Assembly (NCBI GenBank): GCA_005879405.1
Contig: VBKW01000189.1
Span: 1-44,828 of the forward strand
Source of the DNA: Deltaproteobacteria bacterium
GTDB taxonomy: Bacteria; Desulfobacterota; Binatia; UTPRO1
DNA length: 44,828 nucleotides
Direction of reading: 5' to 3'
This document shows, piece after piece, positions 23,808-31,203 of this stretch. The notes beneath the pieces were generated by a model. That model was not told where the DNA came from, searched no databases, and worked only from the letters and a program-made list of their open reading frames with translations. The first letter of the stretch is position 1, and each line of letters begins with the position of its first letter. The translations under genes were made by a program, and so were the position numbers.

Positions 23808-25138
23808 AGGCACGCGGCAGCGGCAAGTTCGCGCTCGACTCGATTCAGATCTTCGGGGGCCAGATCGCGATGGTGGCGGTCGGCATCGTGAACGGCGTCA
23901 TCATGGCGCGGTGGCTCGGCGCGAGCGGGCGGGGGACCTTGCAGATCCTCATGCTCATGCCGCTCGTGCTGGCCAACTTCGTGAAGCTCGGCATCCCGCA
24001 GGCGAGCGTCTACTACATGCGGCGGCGCGGCGCGTCCGCGGCGGACGTCGCGTCGAACTCGATCTGGATCGCCTGCGTGACCGGCGGGCTCGCGGTCGGC
24101 GTGTGCTGGATGTGGCGCGACTGGCTTCTCGCCCGCTTCCTCAAGCAGGCGCCGCCGGAGCTGCTTCTCCCGTCGCTCTGTCTGATCCCGTTCATGCTGC
24201 TGCAGTTCTACCTGCTCGGCGTCGCGCAGGCGCAGCAACGGTTTCGCGAGTACAACCTCCGGCAGATCGCGCCGAACGTCCTCAGCCTCTTCGGGTTGAT
24301 CGTCACGCTGGTCGTGCTCCACATGGGCGTCGCGGGCGCGGTATGGGTCCAAGTCGCGATTCAGGTGCTGATGACCGTGTGGATGGTCGTGCGCGTGCAC
24401 CGCGAGGCGCATCTGCACCTCCGCTGGACGGGGGCGCTCGCGCGCGGAATGCTCGCGTTCGGCCGCAAGTCGTACGTGCAGACGCTCGCCGCGACCCTGC
24501 ATCTGCGCATCGACCAGTTCATGTGCGCCTACTTCCTCATGCCCGCGGACGTCGGGTTGTACGCGGTCGCGGTCAATCTCGGCGGCCTCCTCGACAAGAT
24601 CGCGGACGCGGTCGGAACCGTGATGTTCCCGCGGCTCGCCGGCCTTGGCGATAGCGAAGCGCACGCCGCGACGACCCGGGTATGCCGCCACACCCTCTTC
24701 GTCCTCGCACTCGGCGCCGCGGGGCTCGCGCTCATCGCACCCCAGCTGCCGCGGATCTACGGCCGTGACTACCCGGGCATGGTCGTCCCGCTCCTCGTCC
24801 TCCTTCCTGGGATGCTTCCATCCGGTTTGTATCAGCTGCTGACGCGATACTTCACGAGCCGCGCGCGACAGGAGGTCAACATCGCGGCGGCGGGCATCGC
24901 GGTCGTGCTCAACGTGGCGCTCAACTGGGTGCTGATCCCGCGCTACGGGATCCTCGGCGCGGCGCTCGCGAACGGCGTCTCCTACGGCACGGCGGCCGTC
25001 GTGCTGCTGGTCGCGTTCGTGCGCGAGTCGGGGCTCTCGGTGTCCGAGACGCTCGTGCCGCGAGCGACGGAGATCAGCGACATGGTGCACAGGGCCCGGG
25101 GCGTCGTCGCGAAGCTCACGGGCGGCCGCGCGGCATAG
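23804..25138 (+). CDS. Wzx-type oligosaccharide flippase (MOP superfamily polysaccharide biosynthesis protein)
   Basis: About 12-14 TM segments. C-terminal part reads NVALNWVLIPRYGILGAALANGVSY. ATGA overlap with the upstream gene. Confidence 0.8.
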   Translation: MKARGSGKFALDSIQIFGGQIAMVAVGIVNGVIMARWLGASGRGTLQILMLMPLVLANFVKLGIPQASVYYMRRRGASAADVASNSIWIACVTGGLAVGVCWMWRDWLLARFLKQAPPELLLPSLCLIPFMLLQFYLLGVAQAQQRFREYNLRQIAPNVLSLFGLIVTLVVLHMGVAGAVWVQVAIQVLMTVWMVVRVHREAHLHLRWTGALARGMLAFGRKSYVQTLAATLHLRIDQFMCAYFLMPADVGLYAVAVNLGGLLDKIADAVGTVMFPRLAGLGDSEAHAATTRVCRHTLFVLALGAAGLALIAPQLPRIYGRDYPGMVVPLLVLLPGMLPSGLYQLLTRYFTSRARQEVNIAAAGIAVVLNVALNWVLIPRYGILGAALANGVSYGTAAVVLLVAFVRESGLSVSETLVPRATEISDMVHRARGVVAKLTGGRAA

Positions 25139-25258
25139 CGCGGCGAAATCCGACGTTGCGGCGGTGGACGAAACCATTTATCGTCGCGATAGCTCCGCAG
25201 AAACCGCATCGGGTGACGCGACGGGAATCCTCTTCCGTCGAATCCATCAATCGGAGGA

Positions 25259-26659
25259 TTGTTTCCGTTGACGCAGAAGGTCCTGGTCGTCGGCCTCGAC
25301 TCGGCGCCGCCGCGATTGCTGTTCGACGTCTATCGACGCGAGATGCCGACGTTGACGCGGCTCATCGACCGCGGCGCGCACGGCCGCCTGCAGAGCACGA
25401 ACCCGCCGATCACGGTGCCGGCGTGGACGTCGATGATGTCGAGCAAGGATCCGGGCCAGCTCGGGTTCTACGGCTTCCGCAATCGGAAAGACCACTCGTA
25501 CGACGGCTACGCGTTCGCGAACTCCGCGCTCGTCCGCGAACGGCGCCTGTGGGACCTCCTCGGCGAGGCCGGCAAGCGCTCGATCGTGCTCGGCGTGCCG
25601 CAGACGTATCCGCCGCGGCCGCTGAACGGCGAGATGGTGACCTGCTTCCTCACGCCGTCGACGAAGGCGCAGTACACGTATCCGGAGACGTTGAAGGCCG
25701 AGGTCGAGCGCGTCGCTGACGGCTACGTCCTCGACGTCGACGACTTCCGCACGCCGCACAAGAAGGAGTTGCTCGAGCGCGTCTACGCGAAGACGCGCAA
25801 GCACTGGGCGGTCGCGAAGCACATGATGGCGAGCCGCGAGTGGGATTACTTCATGCTGGTCGAGATGGGCCTCGACCGCATCCACCACGGGTTCTGGAGC
25901 TACATGGACCCCGAGCACCGGAAGTACGAGCGCGGCAACGAGTTCGAGCAGGCGATCCGCGACTACTATCGCTACCTCGACGGCGAGCTGGCGAGCTTGC
26001 TCGCGCTGGCGCCGCAGGACGCGCTGGTTCTCGTCGTCTCCGACCACGGCTCGAAGCGAATGGAGGGCGGCATCTGCTTCAACGAGTGGCTGATCCGCGA
26101 AGGCTATCTGACGCTCAAAGATCCGCCGCGGACGCCGACGCCGATCGGCAAGGTCGCGATCGACTGGTCGCGCACGAAGGCGTGGGGCGACGGCGGCTAC
26201 TACGGGCGCTGCTTCATGAACGTGAAGGGCCGCGAGCCCGAAGGTATCGTGGACCCGAAGGACTACGAGCGGGTGCGCAACGAGTTGATCGCCGGGATCG
26301 AGGCGATCGTCGACGACCGCGGCCGCTCGATCGGCTCGAAAGCCTATCGCCCCGAGGACATTTATCGGTCGGTGAACGGCGTCGCGCCCGATCTCATCGT
26401 CTATTTCGGTGATCTCGATTGGCGCTCGGTCGGCGCCGTCGGCATGGACTCGATCTACACGTTCGAGAACGACACCGGGCCCGACGAGGCGAACCACGAC
26501 TGGTACGGCATCTTCGTGATGTCGTCGCCGAATGGCTCGGTGCCGCTCCAAGGGAACCTCGGCGACGTCTCGATCTACGACGTCGCGCCGACGCTGCTCA
26601 CGTACTTCGGCTTGCCGGTCCCGGCGGACATGATCGGCCGCTCGCTCGTGAGGAACTGA
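25259..26659 (+). CDS. AlkP-superfamily (COG3379-like) paralog 3, tail-less
   Basis: VLVVGLDSAPP, STNPPITVPAWTSMMSSKDPGQLGFYGF, VVSDHGSKRM, ANHDWYGIF. Ends ...PVPADMIGRSLVRN with no linker/LGY tail. TTG 25268 is better spaced from GGAGGA than TTG 25259. Confidence 0.8.
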   Translation: MFPLTQKVLVVGLDSAPPRLLFDVYRREMPTLTRLIDRGAHGRLQSTNPPITVPAWTSMMSSKDPGQLGFYGFRNRKDHSYDGYAFANSALVRERRLWDLLGEAGKRSIVLGVPQTYPPRPLNGEMVTCFLTPSTKAQYTYPETLKAEVERVADGYVLDVDDFRTPHKKELLERVYAKTRKHWAVAKHMMASREWDYFMLVEMGLDRIHHGFWSYMDPEHRKYERGNEFEQAIRDYYRYLDGELASLLALAPQDALVLVVSDHGSKRMEGGICFNEWLIREGYLTLKDPPRTPTPIGKVAIDWSRTKAWGDGGYYGRCFMNVKGREPEGIVDPKDYERVRNELIAGIEAIVDDRGRSIGSKAYRPEDIYRSVNGVAPDLIVYFGDLDWRSVGAVGMDSIYTFENDTGPDEANHDWYGIFVMSSPNGSVPLQGNLGDVSIYDVAPTLLTYFGLPVPADMIGRSLVRN

Positions 26660-26669
26660 GGAGGCTCGC

Positions 26670-27629
26670 GTGCGGCACGTTGCGGTCGACATCGTCACCG
26701 GCTTCCTCGGCAGCGGCAAGACGACGCTGCTCAGCCACGTGCTCGCGCACGGCCTGAAGGGCAAACCCGTCGCGGTCGTGATGAACGAGATCGGCGAGGT
26801 CGGAATCGACGGCCAGGTCGTGACCGGCCTCAACTACGTCGAGAAGATGGTCGAGCTCTCGAGCGGCTGCATCTGCTGCTCGATCGACGAGTACCGCTTC
26901 GACCTCGCGATCCAGGAGCTGATCGAGACCGTCCACCCGCACCTCATCATCATCGAGTCGACGGGGCTCGCCGATCCGGAGCCCCTCACGTACCGCGTGA
27001 AGGCCGCAGGTCTGAAACTCGATGCGGTGATCACGGTCGTCGACGCCGCCAACGTCGAGCGCTTCGTCAAGGAGACCGAGGTCGCGACGGCGCAGATCGA
27101 GGCGGCGGACTTCCTGGTCGTCAACAAGATCGACCTCGTCGCGACGGGCGACGTCGCGCGCGTCGAACGCCGGCTGCGCAAGCTGAACCCGCGTGCGCTG
27201 CAGTTCCGCAGCGTCCGCGGCGCCATCGACTCCGAGGTGCTGTTCGCGACCGGCGTCGCGACGTACCGCGAGCGCGCCCGCGAGGCGCGCGCGACGTCCG
27301 ATCACCTGCACCAGGACGCCTTCGGCTCGTTCCTCTACCGCAGCGACGTCGAGCTCGATCAGCCGGCGTTCGAGCACGTGCTCGAGCGTCTGCCCGACGA
27401 CGTGATTCGCGCCAAGGGCATTGTGCGTCTCGTCGGACGCGATTGGCATTGTCTCTTCAACGTCACCTGCGGTCGCGTGGAGCTCGGTTGGCTGAAGCTC
27501 CCGGAGGATCGCACGGAAAACCAGGCCGTCTTCATCGGCCGCAATCTCGACCGGCATCGCGCCGGCATCCTCGATGCGCTCCGCGGCTCCGAGCGCGCGC
27601 AGGCACAACGACAGGGAGAAGTTCGATGA
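26670..27629 (+). CDS. COG0523 (CobW/YjiA/ZigA-type) G3E-family GTPase metallochaperone
   Basis: GFLGSGKTTLL (P-loop), SSGCICCS (CxCC metal motif), ESTGLADP, VNKIDL, plus a C-terminal CobW_C-like domain. Confidence 0.9.
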   Translation: MRHVAVDIVTGFLGSGKTTLLSHVLAHGLKGKPVAVVMNEIGEVGIDGQVVTGLNYVEKMVELSSGCICCSIDEYRFDLAIQELIETVHPHLIIIESTGLADPEPLTYRVKAAGLKLDAVITVVDAANVERFVKETEVATAQIEAADFLVVNKIDLVATGDVARVERRLRKLNPRALQFRSVRGAIDSEVLFATGVATYRERAREARATSDHLHQDAFGSFLYRSDVELDQPAFEHVLERLPDDVIRAKGIVRLVGRDWHCLFNVTCGRVELGWLKLPEDRTENQAVFIGRNLDRHRAGILDALRGSERAQAQRQGEVR

Positions 27630-27754
27630 CGGCGACCCCCAAACGGCCGGAAGATCCGGCCGAGCCACCGCCCAACCCCGACGCGACCGAGGGCTACTCG
27701 CCCGAGGAAGAAGAGGAAGTCCAGAAGCGCCTCGAGGATTTGGGCTACATCTGA
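27626..27754 (+). CDS. unannotated 42-codon ORF encoding a free Pro/acidic linker plus LGYI tail
   Basis: ATG 27626 overlaps the CobW stop (ATGA) and GGGAGAA lies upstream. Encodes MTATPKRPEDPAEPPPNPDATEGYSPEEEEEVQKRLEDLGYI. It is the in-frame 3' part of track ORF 27443..27754. Confidence 0.55.
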   Translation: MTATPKRPEDPAEPPPNPDATEGYSPEEEEEVQKRLEDLGYI

Positions 27755-27880
27755 GCACCACGCTCGCGTATCCTCCCCGGAGAACGCGCGCGGATCACAT
27801 CAGGCGCGGGCTTCGTCCCGCTCCCCACTCGCAGCCCGTCCCCACGGCGGGCGTCACCTTCCCACTCTCGGAGGACGTCC

Positions 27881-29176
27881 ATGGAGATCCTGGACAAGAT
27901 TCGTGAACGCAAGGCCCGGACGGGCGTGATCGGACTCGGCTATGTCGGGCTGCCGCTCGCCATCGAGTTCGCGCACGCCGGCTTCCACGCCGTCGGCATC
28001 GACGTCGACACGCGCAAGGTGGACGCCATCAACGCCGGCCAGTCGTACATCGTCGACACGAGCAACGAGGAGGTCGCGTCGCTGGTTGCGGCAGGACGCC
28101 TGCATGCGACGACCGATTTCGCGGCGATCGAGGATCTCGACACGATCAACATTTGCGTGCCGACGCCGCTCCGCAAGACCAAAGACCCCGACATGACCTA
28201 CGTCGTGGCGGCGGTGAGCGAGATCAAGAAGCACCTCCGCGCCGGCCAGCTGATCATCCTCGAGTCGACGACGTACCCCGGTACGACCGAGGAGCTGGTC
28301 CTGCCGCAGCTCGAGGAATCGGGGCTGAAGGTCGGCCGCGACTTCTTCCTCGCGTTCTCCCCGGAGCGCATCGATCCCGGCAACAAGCAGTTCAACACCC
28401 GGAACATCCCGAAGGTCGTCGGCGGTGTGACGGCGCGCTGCACGCAGGTCGCGAAGACGCTCTACGAGCAGAGCATCGAGACCGTCGTGCCGGTGTCGTC
28501 GACGCGCGTCGCCGAGATGGTGAAGCTCCTCGAGAACACGTTCCGCAGCGTCAACATCGGGTTGGTGAACGAGCTCGCGCTCATGTCGGCGAAGCTCAAC
28601 ATCAACGTGTGGGAGGTGATCGACGCCGCGGCGACGAAGCCCTTCGGCTTCATGCCGTTCTACCCGGGACCGGGCCTCGGCGGGCACTGCATCCCGATCG
28701 ACCCGTTCTACCTCGGGTGGAAAGCGCGCATGAACGGGTTCGAGCCGCGCTTCATCGAGCTCGCCGGGCAAGTGAACGAGTCGATGCCGAAGTTCGTCGT
28801 CGACAAGGTCACGGACGCGCTGAACGACGACGGCAAGGCGGTGCGCAACTCGCGCATCCACGTCCTCGGCGTCGCCTACAAGCGCGACGTCAACGACATC
28901 CGCGAGAGCCCGTCGCTGCACGTCATCAAGATGCTGATCGACCGCGGCGCGAGGATCAGCTACAGCGACCCGTTCGTGCCGGAGATTCGCGAGGACGGGA
29001 TAGAGCTCACGTCCGTCCCGGTTCGCGAGACCCTCGAAGCCGGTACCGATTGCGTGGTATTGCTGACTGACCACAGCGGCTTCAACTATTCCGAGATCGT
29101 GCACCTGGCACCGCTGATCGTCGATACGCGGAACGCGCTCCGCGACTTCATCGGCGGCAACATCGTCCGGCTGTAG
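27881..29176 (+). CDS. nucleotide-sugar 6-dehydrogenase (UDP-GlcNAc/UDP-ManNAc dehydrogenase type, WbpA/TviB/WecC-like)
   Basis: GVIGLGYVGLPLAIEFA (Rossmann fold), GPGLGGHCIPIDP (catalytic Cys), VLGVAYKRDVNDIRESP. Confidence 0.9.
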   Translation: MEILDKIRERKARTGVIGLGYVGLPLAIEFAHAGFHAVGIDVDTRKVDAINAGQSYIVDTSNEEVASLVAAGRLHATTDFAAIEDLDTINICVPTPLRKTKDPDMTYVVAAVSEIKKHLRAGQLIILESTTYPGTTEELVLPQLEESGLKVGRDFFLAFSPERIDPGNKQFNTRNIPKVVGGVTARCTQVAKTLYEQSIETVVPVSSTRVAEMVKLLENTFRSVNIGLVNELALMSAKLNINVWEVIDAAATKPFGFMPFYPGPGLGGHCIPIDPFYLGWKARMNGFEPRFIELAGQVNESMPKFVVDKVTDALNDDGKAVRNSRIHVLGVAYKRDVNDIRESPSLHVIKMLIDRGARISYSDPFVPEIREDGIELTSVPVRETLEAGTDCVVLLTDHSGFNYSEIVHLAPLIVDTRNALRDFIGGNIVRL

Positions 29177-29188
29177 GCAGGGGGGAGC

Positions 29189-29455
29189 ATGGGCGCGGAC
29201 AATACGTTGCGACGGCGGATCCTCGGCGAGTTTCGCAAGGCGCACGAGGCGAACAAGGAAGCGCCGTTCCTGCACACCCGGCAGCATCTGACGGAGCGGC
29301 TCGGCGAGACCTACGAAGTGCTCGCGCCGCAGATGCAGTTCCTCGAGCAGAACCGCTATCTGCATTGGAAGGCGTCGGACGTCTTCAAGATCTCGCCCAA
29401 AGGTTTGCGCGCGACCCACACCCCGGAGGACCTCGCGCGCGAGTTCCCCGACTGA
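29189..29455 (+). CDS. small hypothetical protein, winged-helix-like
   Basis: GGGGGAG lies upstream of the ATG. 88 aa. The helix-helix-helix-wing pattern is LHTRQHLTERLGETYEVLAPQMQFLEQNRYLHWKASDVFKISPKGL. I recognise no family. Confidence 0.45.
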   Translation: MGADNTLRRRILGEFRKAHEANKEAPFLHTRQHLTERLGETYEVLAPQMQFLEQNRYLHWKASDVFKISPKGLRATHTPEDLAREFPD

Positions 29456-29496
29456 CGTGCCGCGCGCGCTCGGCTACGTGAACTAATCGGCGCTGC

Positions 29497-31203
29497 GTGA
29501 TCGCGATCGTCGGCCTCGATGGAGCGACGTGGGATCTCGCCCGCCCGCTCATGGACGCCGGCGAGATGCCGACGCTGCGGCGCCTCGTCGACGCCGGCGC
29601 GTCCGGGGTCCTGCGGTCGACGACGCCGCCCGTGACGTTTCCCGCGTGGTCGTCGTTCATGACCGGCGCCAACCCCGGCAAGCACGGCATCTTCGACTTC
29701 ACACGCCGGGTGCCCGGCACGTACGAGCTGGCGTTCGTCACGAGCCGCGACCGCCGCCTGCCGACGATGTGGCGGCTGCTATCCGACGCCGGACGGCGCG
29801 TCGCCGTCCTCGGCGTGCCGACCACGTACCCGCCGGAGCCGGTGAACGGCATCATGGTCGGCGGCTTCGACAGCCCGGTCACGACCGGGATCGACGGCTC
29901 GTTCGTCCACCCGCGCGCGCTCTACGACGAGATGCGGGCGGCGGTCGGGCCGTACACGATCACCGACTTCCAGGAGCTGCGCATCGGACCTGGCTGGCAC
30001 GACGCGGCGCTGCCGAAGATCCTCGCCGCGGTCGATCGTAAGCGCGACCTGGGGCGCTGGGTCCTCGCCCGCGAGGCGTGGGACGTCTTCATGGTGCTCT
30101 TCGGCGAGGCCGACACCGCGAGCCACCACTTCTGGATGTTCGCGGATCCGCGCTCGCCGCGCTTCGACGGCGCGCGCGCTTCCCGTCACCGCAATGCGCT
30201 CCGCGACGTCTACCGCCGCCTGGATGCGGCGTTGGCGGCGATCGTCGGCGCGCTGCCAGGCGACGCGACCGTGCTCGTCGCCTCCGATCACGGGTTCGGC
30301 GGCGCCGGCACGACCGTCGTCCACTTGAACCGCTGGCTCGCCGAGCGCGGCCTGCTGCGCTTTCACGCGGGGGCGCGCGCGGTTCCGGCGCGCATCGTTC
30401 GCGGCGCACGCGGCCTGGCGCTGCGCGCGCTGCCGCGCCGCGCCCAGGAGCGCGCCGTCCGGCGGCGCGGCCGCGGCCTCGCGCGCCGGCTCGAAGCGTG
30501 GTCACGGTTCGGCGCGATCGATCTGGCACGGACGGCCGTCTTCTCCGAGGAGCTCAACTACGCGCCGAGCATCTGGCTGAACGTGCGCGGCCGCGATCCG
30601 CTCGGCACCGTCGCGCCCGGGCGCGATTACGAGGCGCTGATCGAACGCCTGCGCGCCGATCTCCTCGCGTGGCGGCATCCGGTGAGCGGCGCGCGCATTG
30701 TCGCCGCCGTCCATCGCCGCGACGAGATCTACACCGGCGGCTGCGTGGACGGCGCCCCCGACCTCCTCCTCGAGCCCGCGCTCGAGAACGGCTACTCGTA
30801 CGTGTGGCTGCCGAGCACCGGCGACGAGCGCGCGAGCCTGCGCCCGCTCGCACCGGTGGAGTACGTCGCCGGGAAAGGCGGTGGCATGAACGGCAGCCAT
30901 CGCGCGGACGGGCTCTGGGCGCTTGCGGGCCCGGCGGTGCCGCGAGGGATGCGCGCCGCGGCCTCGATCACCGACGTCGCGCCGACCGTGCTGCATCTCG
31001 CCGGCCTTCCGGTGCCGTCGTGGATGGACGGGCGGGTGATTCCCGGCGTGGCCGGCGAGATCGTCACTGCGGCTGCCGAGAGCGGCAACACACCGACGCT
31101 CGCGACTTTCACCGGCGAGCCGTCTGCACGCACTGCCGGCGAGGAGGACGAGCTCTGGCGGCGGCTCGTCGCGCTCGGCTACCTCGAGGGAGCGGAGCGG
31201 TGA
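29497..31203 (+). CDS. AlkP-superfamily (COG3379-like) paralog 4
   Basis: IAIVGLDGATWD, STTPPVTFPAWSSFMTGANPGKHGIFDF, VASDHGFGG, GSHRADGLW. Ends ...GEEDELWRRLVALGYLEGAER. Confidence 0.8.
   Translation: MIAIVGLDGATWDLARPLMDAGEMPTLRRLVDAGASGVLRSTTPPVTFPAWSSFMTGANPGKHGIFDFTRRVPGTYELAFVTSRDRRLPTMWRLLSDAGRRVAVLGVPTTYPPEPVNGIMVGGFDSPVTTGIDGSFVHPRALYDEMRAAVGPYTITDFQELRIGPGWHDAALPKILAAVDRKRDLGRWVLAREAWDVFMVLFGEADTASHHFWMFADPRSPRFDGARASRHRNALRDVYRRLDAALAAIVGALPGDATVLVASDHGFGGAGTTVVHLNRWLAERGLLRFHAGARAVPARIVRGARGLALRALPRRAQERAVRRRGRGLARRLEAWSRFGAIDLARTAVFSEELNYAPSIWLNVRGRDPLGTVAPGRDYEALIERLRADLLAWRHPVSGARIVAAVHRRDEIYTGGCVDGAPDLLLEPALENGYSYVWLPSTGDERASLRPLAPVEYVAGKGGGMNGSHRADGLWALAGPAVPRGMRAAASITDVAPTVLHLAGLPVPSWMDGRVIPGVAGEIVTAAAESGNTPTLATFTGEPSARTAGEEDELWRRLVALGYLEGAER

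Noticed and set aside
21140-23813. Very long ORFs overlapping the GT-C gene (21140..23485 +, 781 aa; 21864..23813 -, 649 aa). Similar giants occur elsewhere: 11266..12711 -, 11799..13718 +, 15306..17267 -, 25247..26833 -, 27854..29419 -, 3549..4760 -, 8791..10290 +.
   Set aside because: Their translations are monotonous Arg/Ala/Pro/Gly strings with no recognisable motifs. Each overlaps a frame that has clear family signatures and G/C-rich third positions. They are typical stop-poor shadow frames of high-GC DNA.
25156-25184. Possible sigma-70 promoter TTGCGG-N17-TATCGT in the 120-nt lower-GC gap before AlkP paralog 3.
   Set aside because: Only 3/6 and 4/6 matches to consensus. Plausible as an internal promoter, but no better than chance without TSS data.
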